Shown here one piece after another: positions 13,418 to 26,687 of a stretch of DNA of 64,000 nt (its first letter is position 1; each line of letters starts with the position of its first letter). A program made the translations under genes and the position numbers. Source of the stretch: Cenococcum geophilum (lineage: Eukaryota); NCBI GenBank assembly GCA_050273025.1, contig CP158636.1:4340001-4404000 (forward strand), in the 5' to 3' direction. The notes below the pieces were generated by a model. The model did not search any database, had not been told where the DNA came from, and was given only the letters and a program-made list of their open reading frames with translations.

Positions 13418-14380
13418 ATGCGGCCATTTATACCTCTATCTGCCCTTAAGCATATAACGGTCTTATCCTCCCCTATACATCCTCCACCGCCCAATAGCGA
13501 GCACACTCGAGCCCGGTATACGCGCACGATCCTTTATTTAGAAACGTTACTAAAGGCAACGGAGGCAGTTGTTTTAATATTAATGCAATACCTATAATCC
13601 TTAGAGGAAGGCTTAGAGCTTATATAAGTAGAAAATAATAATCTTTAGTAATATACTAAGGAGCGGAAGGCTAAAAAAAAAATATAAACGGAACGTACTC
13701 TCTACTAAATCAGTTCTTACTCTAGAAGCAATAAGGGAGCTTACTACTACTAAGCAGGCCGTTAGTAAGGCTAAAGAGTATACCAGGCTTACTAAAAAAA
13801 CGGTTTAAAAAAGATTATTAAGTAGCTGTAGCACTTGCTAAGGAACAAGTTAAGGCTAGGAAGAAGGCTAGGAAGAAAGCTGCGGATATAAAAAAGCTAG
13901 CTAAAGAACACTAGTAAGAGGCAGGAGAAGCAGGAAGGGTAGCTAAAAAGGCGCAATAAAACTCTCTTACTGCCGCCAATATAGCTCGCAGAAAGAATAC
14001 TAAAGAAGCTTAATTAGCGGCTTAGATAGCAGCCAATTATATAATATTAAAATAGTTAATTATAGAAGAGCTTTGGAAGCAGGCAGAGGAGTCCTCTACT
14101 ACCACTGCTACTGCTACTGCTTTTGTCTAGCAACTTTAGGAAGCCGCTAAGAAGGTAGTAAAAGAAGCTACTTTACTAAAGGACACTTAGCAAGAGCAAG
14201 AGAATAATAATAGGAGTAATTTAAGCGATAAAGAGTCCTCGGATAAGGATATTAAGTTAATTAGTAACCCTTAGCGACCAATTAAGTAGGAAATTAAGCG
14301 GGAAATTAAGCTCTAAAATATTAAAAATTGGCTTAATATAGACTTTGTTATATATATTTATGGCTTTAAAGCTCCTTAAT
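13418..14380 (+). pseudogene. Degenerate gene for an Ala/Glu/Lys-rich coiled-coil protein, divergent from the captain
   Basis: ATG at 13418. Codon-like GCT/GAA/AAG-rich tract (KEQVKARKKARKKAAD..EAAKKVVKEA) with RIP stops and an acidic tail. Possible intron near 13696-13755. Confidence 0.45.
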
Positions 14381-14568
14381 AATAATGCGATGATTTTTAA
14401 TAGGGTTTACTAGTTATTTGCCACCAAATCGGTATTTTTAGGTATTTTAGTGTTCAAAACCTTTATAACTAGGGACACCTTCATAACCCCATCACTTACG
14501 TTATAAGTTTTCTAATTTTTGGTGGGGTTTTAATATGGCCTATATACTTGTATAGCCTATAAGCTTAC

Positions 14569-14640
14569 TAACTACGTTAAGTGGTTGGTGCACCAAACGC
14601 GTAATTACGCGTTTAGTATGCTATATGCTATAATTATACA
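14569..14640. repeat. Truncated LTR end related to the LTR of the Copia at 29570-35985
   Basis: gtggttggtgcaccaaacgcgtaa...tgctataattataca matches that LTR's right end (e.g. 35900-35985). It abuts Gypsy B integrase sequence at 14641. Confidence 0.7.
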
Positions 14641-15224
14641 ATTCTAGTATCTAATTTAATCTTTCTATTTATCTGTCTGTTTATAGATAATATATAATAG
14701 AAGTTACTACTTTAACTCTTTATTCTACTAAAGATACCTCCTAAAATACTACTATAAACCTTAGATCTCTATCTAATATAATTTTACTTAATACTCTATA
14801 TCTTATAAATACTTCTTTAATATAGATTTTAGCGATATCCTCTACTAAGATTTCTTCTATATATACTATAAAGTAGCCTTATTTAGTTAACTTATCTACT
14901 ATTACTAGAATTGCGTTATATTCCTATTTAGTAATAAAATCTTTTAACTTTAATAACTTAATAATAAATTCATATAATATAACCTCCTATAGTCTTTCTA
15001 GTATTTTAATAGGCTATAGCCCTCTATATAGCTTATACCTTATTAGTTTATTTCTTTAGTAATATAAATACTCTTTTATTACTTTTTTTAGCTATACCTT
15101 AGATTTTATTAATAATGTATTTTTTTAAAGTCTTAATATTAAGCCTATTGCTCCATTATATCCATCGGGAAAATATTCGCAGGATGAGATTCAAGTAGAC
15201 TTTGTGTGGCGCGTTTCGCGTAAT

Positions 15225-15372
15225 TGACATGCAATTTGACCAACTTGACACGCAATTAACCAACTTGACACGCAATTGACCAACTTGACATGCAATTTAA
15301 CCAACTTAATACGCAATTGACCAACTTGACATGCAATTTAACTAACTTAATACGCAATTAACTAACTTAACA
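15225..15372. repeat. ~20-bp subterminal tandem repeat CAACTTGACACGCAATTGAC, about 7 copies
   Basis: Directly visible. Confidence 0.9.
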
Positions 15373-15520
15373 ACTTTAAAAGCTAACTATATATTCCTTG
15401 ACACGCAGTTAACCTATTTAACAACTTTAAAAGCTAACTGTATATTCCTTGACATGCAATTAAGGTAAAGTTATATGCCAATTACGCAATCTTATATAAT
15501 CTTACATAGTCTTATTACTT

Positions 15521-16143
15521 AGAGGCTCTGCACGAGGCTCTGCACAAGGCTCTACACGAAGCTCTACACGAAGCTCTACACGAAGCTCTACACGAAGCTC
15601 TACACGAAGCTCTACACGAAGCTCTACGTACAGAGGCTCTGCACGAGGCTCTGCGCGAAGCTCTGCGTACGGAGGCTCTGCACGAAGCTCTGCATGAAGC
15701 TCTGCACGAAGCTCTACGTACAGAGGCTCTGCACGAGGCTCTGCGCGAAGCTCTGCGTACGGAGGCTCTGCACGAAGCTCTGCATGAAGCTCTGCACGAA
15801 GCTCTACGTACAGAGGCTCTGCACGAGGCTCTGCACGAGGCTCTGCACGAAGCTCTACGTATAGAGGCTCTGCACGAAGCTCTACGTATAGAGGCTCTGC
15901 ACGAAGCTCTACGTATAGAGGCTCTGCACGAGGCTCTGCGCGAAGCTCTGCACGAGGCTCTACGCGAAGCTCTGCGTACGGAGGCTCTACACGAAGCTCT
16001 GCACGAGGCTCTGCGCGAAGCTCTGCATACGGAGGCTCTACACGAAGCTCTACACGAAGCTCTATACGAAGCTCTACGTACAGAGGCTCTGCACAAGGCT
16101 CTGCGCGAAGCTCTGCGTACGGAGGCTCTACACGAAGCTCTGC
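15521..16143. repeat. 12-bp minisatellite (TGCACGAAGCTC), reverse complement of the 1285-2592 array
   Basis: Directly visible. Confidence 0.97.
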
Positions 16144-16271
16144 ATCGGGTCCCCGCTATATTCCCGATAGCGTCTACACGTGTCTCTGCCTATGTAGCCG
16201 CCTTATTTTTTACCCTTCCTTCCTTCCTTACATCCTCCCTACCTAGGGAGGCACTAGAACGGCAGCCAGCA

Positions 16272-16740
16272 GAGGACCGTCGCTAGAACTAGATGACTAT
16301 CGCTAGAACCAGACAACCGTCGCCAGAACCAGACGACCGTTACCAGAACCAGACGACCGTCGCCGTCGCCAGACGACCGTCGCTAGAGCCAGACGACCGT
16401 CGCCAGAACCAGACGACCGTCGCCAGAACCAGACGACCGTCGCCAGAACCAGACGACCGTCGCCAGAACCAGACGACCGCTACCAGAGCCAGACGACCGT
16501 CTCCAGAGTCAGACGACTGTCGCCAAAACCAGACGACCGTCGCCAGAGCCAGACGACCGTCGCCAGAACCAGACGACCGTCGCCAGAACCAGACGACTGT
16601 CGCCAGAGCCAGACGACCGTCGCTAGAGCCAGACGACCGTCGCCAGAACCAGACGACCGTCTCCAGAGTCAGACGACTGTCGCCAAAACCAGACGACTGT
16701 CGCCAAAACCAGACGACCGTCGTCAGAGCCAGACGACAAC
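16272..16740. repeat. 20-bp minisatellite CCAGAACCAGACGACCGTCG, about 23 copies
   Basis: Directly visible. Only 2-3 copies occur in element 1 (1081-1132, inverted). Confidence 0.95.
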
Positions 16741-16792
16741 GACTAGCCAGCGAACACTATAAACGATTCGATCGATTGATCGAATCAAGGTA

Positions 16793-17050
16793 GCACAGAC
16801 AGGTAGGCACAAACAGGGAGATGCTGACGGGTAGGCAGATACAGACAGGTAAGCAGATGCAGACAGGCAAGCAGATGCAGACAGGTAGGCAGATGCTGAC
16901 GGGTAGGCAGATATAGACAGGTAGGCAGATGCAAACAGGTAGGCGATGCAGACAGGTAGGCAATGCAGACAGGTAGGCAATGTAGACAGGTAGGCGATGC
17001 AGGCAGGTAGGTAGATAGGCAGGTAGGTAAGTCAATAGGTAGATAGGTAG
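16793..17050. repeat. 16-18-bp repeat GCAGACAGGTAGGCAGAT
   Basis: Directly visible. Confidence 0.9.
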
Positions 17051-17894
17051 AAGAGAACCATCGCTATATTATATTAAATTATCTAAAATAATATTTTTTA
17101 TTTTACTAGCCTTATAAATAGCTTTAAAATAGCTTTTATTTATTTAAAATATGCTATTAGTATAAAAGAGGTAAATATAATTATAGTTGCCAAATGCGCA
17201 GATTGCTGGCAGGTTGCGCGCAGGCTGCGCGCAGGCTGCGCGCAGGTTGCGTGTTAAAAAAACACGACATAGGCTAGTCGGTCGAGTTGCCAAATGACCT
17301 CAACTGCGCGCCAATTGCGTCAACCACCAACCATTGAGGCCATTGAAAGGGTACCATATTTTGCCGATGTCCTTAAGTTATTCCCTTATAGAAATCTTCT
17401 ATAAAATACTCTGCTATACTTTTTAGGATATACTTTACTTCTTAATTTTCGTATATATCTATCTATAGATCTTTTAGCTATACCTTTAGAATTTTTTATA
17501 CCTAAAAGCTTTTTAATATCTTATAGACTTTTTTTAGTTCTCTATCCTCTTAGGTTGCTACTAGCTTAGGGTAATTATATTTAATTAATCTGTTATTATC
17601 TTTACATAGTATTACTCCTAATAGTTTCTTATTATTCTATAATTTAGCCTTTTTACTTAGCGCGTCTGCCCTTATATTCTTAGTGTCTTTAATATACTAA
17701 ATCTTAAAATAGTATTCCGTAAGTATCTTTACCTATCTAACCTATCTATAATTAAGTTCTTTTATTATTAGGAACCCTACTAGGTTCTTATAATCTATTT
17801 TAACTATAAATAGTTTTTTTTATACCTTATAAAAAAGCTCTTTATTTCTTAAGTGCTATAACTATATTTAATAACTTCTTATTATAAATGTTAT

Positions 17895-20800
17895 TGTAGC
17901 TAGAAGTGTTAGACACATCGTGAGGGCGGCCAAGGCGCTAGTGGTAAGCGAGCTAATGGCGATTTTCTATGCCGGGCATGGAAAATCGTAATTGGTTAAC
18001 AGAGGTCATAGGAGAACACGTGACAAGCCTTACCTCTCGCGACTCGTAGATCTTAGAGAATTAATCATCTATCTATAACACCGTATAGTATATATTATTG
18101 TAATATATATATTCTGCATATTGTAAAAGTTATACCAACACTAATTAGTAAGCGCGCACAGATTAGGAGATACGTACTTGCTTAGAAGATATTTACGCTC
18201 CACCTTATAAAGGCCCTATTTTAGTTAAAGAGAATTAAAGTACTCTAGATTTAGAAGACGTCTAACACTCCACCTTACCTGGAAATACCTTAAATCTACC
18301 CTGGATTTGGAAGACGTCTAACGCTCCACCTTAACCAGAGATAGACCACTGTACCAGTAGTTAATGTGACCACATTAAGAACGCAACCACACTAAGAATG
18401 CGACCACCCTAACTACCACTTAAACTGTCCCTCGAACGACCACTTAAACCGTCCCCTAAACTATTCTACGCGTCCTTATCCCTTCTAAAATGGCTATACC
18501 CATAGACTAGAAAGTAGAAGCAGAACGATGGAGAAACGGGATTAATGTATAAATAGCAACTAATAAAGACCTCACAGACTTTATATTATTTAAGTTATAG
18601 GAATACAATGAGTACAAGCTAATAGATAATGGACTTTAGTCTTCCTTCTAAGACGATTTTAAAACATTTAGTGTTAATATATTTTTAAAAGTAAATATAT
18701 AGCACCTTTAAAGCATGTATACCTTCCTGCAATATAGAGGAGTATATATATGTATAAAGGAGAAACGCACAATATATGCGCAACTCTTGTTTAAATTAAC
18801 CTAGGAAGAACGTTAATATTCCTGGACTTAAGAGAACTTGGATAAGGTATATAATGAGCTAAATAGAAACAGGTTTTAGTTAAATAAAATAAACAATATA
18901 TTTAAGCGCGGTCTTAACTACAAAGTATTATAAGACCCAATAGTTCGCATAACCCTATTTTAACTATAATAACCATTAAGTGTCTAGACCACAACCCTAC
19001 CACTATCCGGAGGAATACTAGTAGGACCTTCACCATACGTAACCCTACGACCCTAAACCGCTCCCCTCCTATAGATGCCAACTATACCAGAATAGGGCAA
19101 AGAGATTTCTAATGTAGTAAAGATATACACAGAGGAACTTAAATATAATAGCATAAATGGCAGCTTCAATTACAAACTTACCATCTTTTATAACATCTAT
19201 AGCCGATCTAATGTTCCACAAGAGGCTTATAATAAAGCTTTACTAATTATATTAACAGGTCTAGCCTTAAACTAGTACTTTAATAGTAGACTCAGTAATC
19301 TCTTATTTAAAGACGCTTATAGGCACCTTCGCAATTTCTTTAAAGGCCCTAGCTTAGAACGTAAGAACCTTAGTAAATGGAATATAATCTTATTAAGGAT
19401 GATAATAGATAAGAACACAGATAAATTAACTAGCGATTGCCTCCAAATATTAATCAATATACTCTCCCAACTACAGCATGGCCTCACCCTAGAATTACGA
19501 ATAACACCATTCCTAACTAATAAACTTATTACGTCTTACCAGGGAATTCACGCATGCTAATTCGCTGTATTAGACCCACCTTAAGAACTAGGCCCCCTTA
19601 TTAACAAACTACAGTCCTTAATTACGGCTTATAAAAAACAGAACCTAGAGCAAGCTTAAACTTAGGCTTATTACACAGATCGTTGGTACTTTAGAAGGGA
19701 GAATAGCTATAATTGGTATCAAAACTATAACCAATATTAAAACCGAACTTATAACTAAATTTATAACCACGACCGCACCCACCCTTATTTCTCTCCACGT
19801 TATAAACTACGTTACTTTATATATAATAAGAAAGGCTACCAATTATAGAACCATACCTAAGAAGAACAAGAAGAGTCTAAAGCTAAGTTTAGAACCGCTA
19901 ATAGAGATAAGTTTAGTAAATTCGACAACCAATTTAACAAACGACTTAATTAATATATTATGGACTATAAGGATAATAATATTAACTTAGAAGAAGAGCT
20001 TAAGGAAGCTTTCTAAGCACTAACTATTAACACAAATTATAAGGCAACCGGCAAGAACTCTTAACTAAACATTGACCACTTCTATACCTCTTTCGGCCAA
20101 GTAGAACAGCATAAAGCAACTTCTATAGCTGCTACCCTAGCTAATAAAGCCTTCAGCCATTCGGTTACAACTATAGACAATATAACACCTCTTATAACCG
20201 ACCAGGACCCCTTTACCTACAATGCAACCATATCCACGTCCCACTATACTACAGACTACTTTATAGGCATAATAATTAACACAGGAGCATCCAAATGATC
20301 TACAGTAGGATATAGCCAATTCCTAGCATTCTAAAGACTTAATACCGGTGTACAACTTAATACCACCATATAAGGCATAGTTAATATACAATTCGGCATC
20401 GGATTAACCTTATTAATTAGATTAACTAAAGTAACTACCCTAATCGGCATAATTAAGTTTCATATTGTTAAAGTCGACACCCCATTTTTACTCTACCTAG
20501 TAGACATAGATTAACTACAAGTATACTTCAACAACCTAAAAAATATGCTAATTACCCCTTAGAGCGAAGTACCAGTTATATATCGCTTTAGCTATCTATT
20601 CCTCCTTTAGAACATATCCCTATGCAACTACTTAACTATATCATTTAATTAAAACCCCTGCTACTTAACCGACATTAAATTAAGACGACTATATCGTCGC
20701 TTCGGCCACCCTTTAGTTAAGCGTCTTATACGAATACTTAAATGCTTAGGGCACGATATTAATAGCAAGACTTTAGACCATCTCACACGTTACTGCCACC

Positions 20801-23800
20801 ATTGTTAAAAACATGGAAAGTCGCCTAGTAGATTCAGATTTACCTTACATAATAATATTAATTTTAACTACTTAATTGTGGTTAATATTATGTATATCAA
20901 TGGCACACCTCTGCTGCATATTATTGATAAAGGAACACAATTTTAAGCCGGTAGATGGCTGCAAAGTATTAGCGCCAAGCATATATGGGATATACTACAA
21001 ATGTGCTAGATTAACACATACCTAGGACCCCCTAATATTATTATACACAACATAGGCAAGAACTTTATAAGCAAAGAATTTAAATAATACGCTATAATAC
21101 TCGGAATAGTTACAAAAGGCGTACCTATTAAAGCCCACAATTTAGTTAGAATGGTAGAACGTTATTATGGCCCCCTTTATTGTATATACCACATCATTAT
21201 TACGGAACTACTAGACATTAATAAAGATATAGCTTTATAAATGGCTTTTAAAGCAATCAACGACTCCATAGGCCCTGATGGTCTCATACCTACCTTATTA
21301 GTATTCGGAGCTTACCCACATATAGTAGAATCCGACGCACCTAATCCTACGGTTATAAAACGAGCAGCAGCTCTTAAAAAGGCTATAGAAGAAGTTAAGA
21401 AGCTTAGAGCTAAGCGCTAAGTGGCAGATGCCCTCAACATGCGTAATAGACCCAAGACAACCGCGATTCATAACCTACCACTTAACTCACCTGTATTGGT
21501 ATGGAGAGAAGGACCTATAGGCCAACCCGGTTACTGGTCTAGTCCATATAACCTACTTAGTATTAAAAATAAGACCTATACTATACAACTTCCCTATAGA
21601 CCCACTAACTTCCGCAGTATAGTTGTAAAACTATATATAGTAGACCCCGAAATCACAGAAGATACGTAACTAGAAGATAATAATATTAAACTACCTTTAC
21701 CTTAAACTAAGCCTAAACCTTAACCTTAAACCGAGCCTAAACCTTAACCCGTTAAACGCGGAAGAGGTAAACCACGTAAGTACCCTATTAAAGTAAATAC
21801 CGCAAACATCTCAATTTATTTGCAGAATAAGGATAATAATTAACTTATAAATCCTAATTAGTTTACAGTATCACGCCAGAAGGAGATTAAGGGATTGCTT
21901 AAGAAAGGAGTTTTTGAACTAGTTAACCCTAAGGATATACCATAAGGCAATAGAGTATTTAACTCTAGATTTATTGATAAGATTAAGAACCCCAGCACTA
22001 ATAAAGCCTTTAAGAAGTTAAGACTAGTTATACAGGCCTATAACGACCTAGAGAAAGACCTCGTACTAACCCAATCACCTATGATTTAACGAGTCAGCTA
22101 ACGCCTTATTCTTTGCATTATAGCCATAACTTAGAACGATGGTATATATCTCTACTTGCGAGATATTTTACAGGCCTATATATAATTAACTACAAAACTA
22201 AACCGAGACTTTTATATTAAAGCACCTCTTAAACTCAGTATAGCACTTAGAGTCTCACAAGGCACAATTCTAAAGGTCGTTAGACCTTTATACGGCATTC
22301 CTAAGGTAGGTAATTATTAGTTTAAGACTTACTATAACCACTATATTAAAGAACTAAACATAAGCCAATCTACTTATAACCCCTGCCTACTTCACCTTAA
22401 TAACCCTATAAGTTTCGGAATAGTTAGTTTATAGACTAATAATACCCTCCTACTAGCTAACTTAGTTTTTGCAGCTTCGGAACAGGAGAAGATTAAGAAA
22501 GCTAAGTTCCTAACTAAAGAACGCGAGTAACTTACACTGGAACACCTAATTAAGTTCAACGGAGGCATTATCTAATAATAGGATTATATAATTACGCTTA
22601 TACAAGAGCGCCAATGCTAGAACTTAACCCTTGTTAATATTAAGGAAGCTACTATAACAACTAGTTCTAGAGGTACTATTTGTATAGTATTTACACCTAA
22701 GGACCAATATATCGCCCAACGAGCAAGAGGAGCTTATATTGCGTCCGTATGCCAGCCTAAAGCTTCTTTTAATTTATCCTACGCTGCCTAGGTAATCAAC
22801 CCTAATAAGAAAGACGCAAAACTACTTAATAAGAGAATTTAGTGGCAAAATAAGAACCCAATAAGAGGCTTAAGCTTTGTTAAGCTTAACATAAAGACAC
22901 TTCAACTACTTATATTTACTAATTCCTTATTCGCAAATAATAAGGACCTCTTATTATAGATTGGATATATCCTAGTACTAGCAGACTTATTAAACAAGGC
23001 GAATATTATCCACTAGTCCTTAGTTAAGTGTAAGAGAATTATTAGAAGCGTACTAGCCTCCGAATTATATACTATAGCCTATAGTTTTAACATCGGCGCT
23101 GCAATTAAAGCTATAGTTAAATTGCAACTTAATATTAGCCTCCCGCTTATTCTTTGCACTAATTCTAAGTTAATTTATAAATGCCTTGTCAAACTAGAAA
23201 CTACATAAGAGAAGAGACTTATAATTAATGTCATGTGCCTACGCCAGTTATATAAAAGACGCGAAATAGCGGAAGTTAAATAGATTGACGGAGATAGTAA
23301 CCTTATGGACGCTATAACTAAAAGCAAACCATTATTAGCCCTTAAATAACTTATCAACACAAACCGAATTGAGTTAAAGATAGTGGAATGGGTAGAACGC
23401 ACGATGTCAGCGATCTAGTTAATCAACATATAAATATAGCAAAGAGGGTATATACGATCTCTGTGTCACGTAACCGCAATTTATAGCAATCTACGGCAAC
23501 CTATAGTAATCTGCCTGTACCTATAACACTACCTAGTACTATCACAACCTGTGCTATAACAGTAAGGAAGGAAGGAGAAGTGCGTATATAGATTTTTGGA
23601 TTGCACAGTTATAGGATACCAGATCTTCACGTTTTCTAAAGTATTCCCAGTATAGCTAGAAGTATTAGACACATCGTAAGGGCGGCTAAGGCGCTAGTGG
23701 TAAGCGAGCCAATGGCGATTTTCCATGCTGGGTATAAAAAATTGTAATTAGTTAACAGAGGTCATAGGAGAACACGTGACAAGCCTTACCTCTCGCGACT

Positions 23801-23896
23801 CGTAGATCTTAGAGAATCAATCATCCATCTACAACACCGCATAGTACATATCATTGTGATATATGTATTCTGCACGTTGTAAAAGTCATACTAACA
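17895..23896 (+). mobile_element. Full-length Ty1/Copia element 1 (QTDD-type RT), RIP-inactivated
   Basis: 246-bp LTRs at 17895-18140 and 23651-23896, TSD GTTAT. Order PR (NTGAS ~20278), IN (RRFGHP, VERY), RT (KLRLVIQAYND; GIVSL*TNNTL), RH (RSVLASEL). Confidence 0.96.
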
Positions 23897-26687
23897 GTTA
23901 TAGTTTAGCTCTAGTAGTATTATCTTCTAACTATTGTATGCTATTAGATACTATATATTTCTATACTTCTATAGTAAATATACTCCTAGTATAAAGTTTA
24001 ATACGTTTATCTTTATAACTATATCTAGTCCTAGTTAATAAATTTTAAGAATTAGCTCTTAGGTAAACAATTTCTTAAGTTTCTTAAATAGTATTTTTTA
24101 CTTCCTTTCTTATACCTATAGTTCCTCTTTCTTTAGAAGCCTAGTAAATAGTTTAATATTCTTTAACTACTATGCTATAAACCTTCTATAGTAGTTATAA
24201 ACCCCTAAAAATAACCTTAACTATATTATATTCTCTAGTTTTTACTAATTTACTATAGCTTTAATTTTTTTTAGGGTCTATACTAATATAACCTAGTTTA
24301 ATAATAAATTTAATATAATTAGTCTTTTTTATAAAGAACTTACATTTTTTAATTATTACTAGCATTTATTTTTCCTATAGTCTTTTTAAGACCTATTTAA
24401 TGTAGTCTCCGTATTTTTCCTTAGTTATTAAGTAGATAATAATAATATTAAGGTATACTATAATAAACTTATTAAGGTGTTCTCCTAATATACTATTAAT
24501 TCGTTTCTAAAATATTACTAGTATATTTATTAACCTAAATTATATAACTAATAGCTTATATAGTTCTTCCTTTAACCTAAAGGCTGCCTTCTATTTATTG
24601 CCTTCCTTAATTTTAATTTAATAGTACGCCTACCTTAAATCTATCTTTATAAAAATTTGCACATTACCTATCCTATTTTAAATTTTACTAATTAAGGGCA
24701 AAGGATATTTATTCTTCTAAGTAATACTATTTAGCTATTTATAGTTAATATATAGTCTAAGTTTTCTATTCTTCTTTAGTACGAATAGTACTAGATATTC
24801 CGTTAATAACTATAATAGTTTTATATATCTTTTCCGTAGGTTTTTTTTTAGATAAACTCTTTAAGTGCTTTTAACTCCTTTTAAGTAAGCTTATAGGTTA
24901 GAAAGAACCTTAAACTTATTCCTAGTTTTAACTCTATTTTATAGTTCTATACTATATAATCTACTAACTTTTTACTTTTTAGGCTCTATAGCTTCTTACT
25001 ATACTTATAGTATCTCTTTAGTATATAGAATAACCCTTTCTTAGTTTCCTCGTATATTGCTCTAACTTAGTACTATACTAGCTTAATTTGTTATTATATT
25101 CTATAGTATTATATATTTCTAATATTTATCTAACCTATAACCTAATTAATCTTTAGATTATATTTCTGTAACTAAGGCATTTCTAATACTACCTTATCCT
25201 ATCCCAATAGTAGGATATTAAAAGACATCTTAATTTATCTCCTTTTAATAGTTATCTAAATAGGTCCTATTTTAAGGTTAATAATCCCTCCTTTATAGGT
25301 TATTAGATCTCCTAAAATTATAACTAATAGGTAAAGTTATTCCTTCTATCTATAAGGTAATCCTATTTTTTTTAACTACTATTAATAAAATATAGTTCCT
25401 TATTACTCCACTATCTATTAGCGTTTTAAACTATTAATCTTACTAATTAACTTATAAATTTAGGTATTATCCTTAAATTCCTTTAAGGGTTTAAGGCTCT
25501 ATTACTAGCTTCCTTTAGTTTTATAGGCCTCTACTTTTCCTAACTATTAGCTACTTAATCTAATTATATTTAGCTTACTCTTTAGCTAATACCTAGTTTA
25601 CTTTTTATCCTCTATATACTATAGATATATATTCTTTAAGTATTTTTACCACTATTATCTATCTAAGTATTCTTTTATAAGATTTTTTTTATTAAAGTAT
25701 TAAGCTTCCTAACTCCTAAACTTTTATTAGATACTATCTATATATATATTTAGTATTTTTATACTATTACTTATTTAGCGCCTAATATATTCTTATAGGG
25801 TACTTCTAATTCTTCTTTTTTTTTAGATTTTTATATAAAATCTATATATATAATCTATAATAGCGTATAATATACTAAATAATTTAGGTTAACTCTTAGC
25901 TTATTTTTATTTTTAAATTTAAATCTTTACTATATTTATTTAAATATTATAACTTTATTTATAGGTACTAAGATTTACCTTTTACTTCTTTAGTCCTTTA
26001 ATTATTCCTCTAAATCCTTTAATATTATAATTAAGGCTCCCTTAATATAACTTATAGCTTTTTCTATAATAGGGTAGTCTTAAATAACTTACTTATCTAA
26101 CTATATATAGAAATCTTCCTACTTATTGTTATATTATTACCTATATCACTTTTAATATAGCTATTAGAGTATATACAGCTTATCTATAAAGAAGTATCTT
26201 CTTATTACTGCGTTATAATAGCCCTTTATATATTATTCTTTAAACCTAATTAAAATCCCTAATTCCTCTTTTTATTCTAATTTAGTAAGCTATTTTACTC
26301 TTAGCGTGCCTATTTTAGGCTTATTAGTTATTCTTTATACAGGTACTCTATCTATTGGTTATATAAGGTAATATCACATATCTACAAGTTGTAGGTAGTA
26401 TAATAATTGTTAGTTAATATGTTTGTTAGTGGAATGAGGAAGGGCAAGGAGCTTAAGACTCCTCACTACGCTAGTGCCGCGGCGACACGTAACAACCGCT
26501 TGCCTCATTCCCGACACTAATAACTCTTCTTTTATGGTTGCCATCTATATATAAATACTACTTAACTAGCGTAGTGTTATAGGACTACCCCGTAATACCT
26601 TGCACACGCCTACTAATTAGGCCTAGTTATAAAACCGCAATTTGCCGCAATCTGCCGCAATCTGCTATATTTTGCTAGGCTATAGAA

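Larger units (their letters stand above)
1..14560 (-). mobile_element. Putative Starship-like (DUF3435) element relic, captain-proximal end; the other end lies outside the window
   Basis: Captain followed by a co-oriented kinase. Sequence switches to an LTR remnant at ~14565-14640 next to a TTAC. The boundary is inferred, with no second terminus visible. Confidence 0.6.
15163..17369. mobile_element. Non-autonomous TIR element 2 (CATCGGGAAAATAT...ATATTTTGCCGATG, 2-bp TSD TC)
   Basis: 14-bp imperfect TIRs, with TC at 15161-15162 and 17370-17371. The empty site is visible in Gypsy B copy 3 (~59680-59700). It shares an inverted internal core with 269-2793. Confidence 0.9.

Noticed and set aside
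16272..16793. 20-bp repeat array as a CRISPR array or 166-aa protein
   Set aside because: The units are head-to-tail with no unique spacers, there are no cas genes, the context is eukaryotic, and the ORF is repeat-derived.
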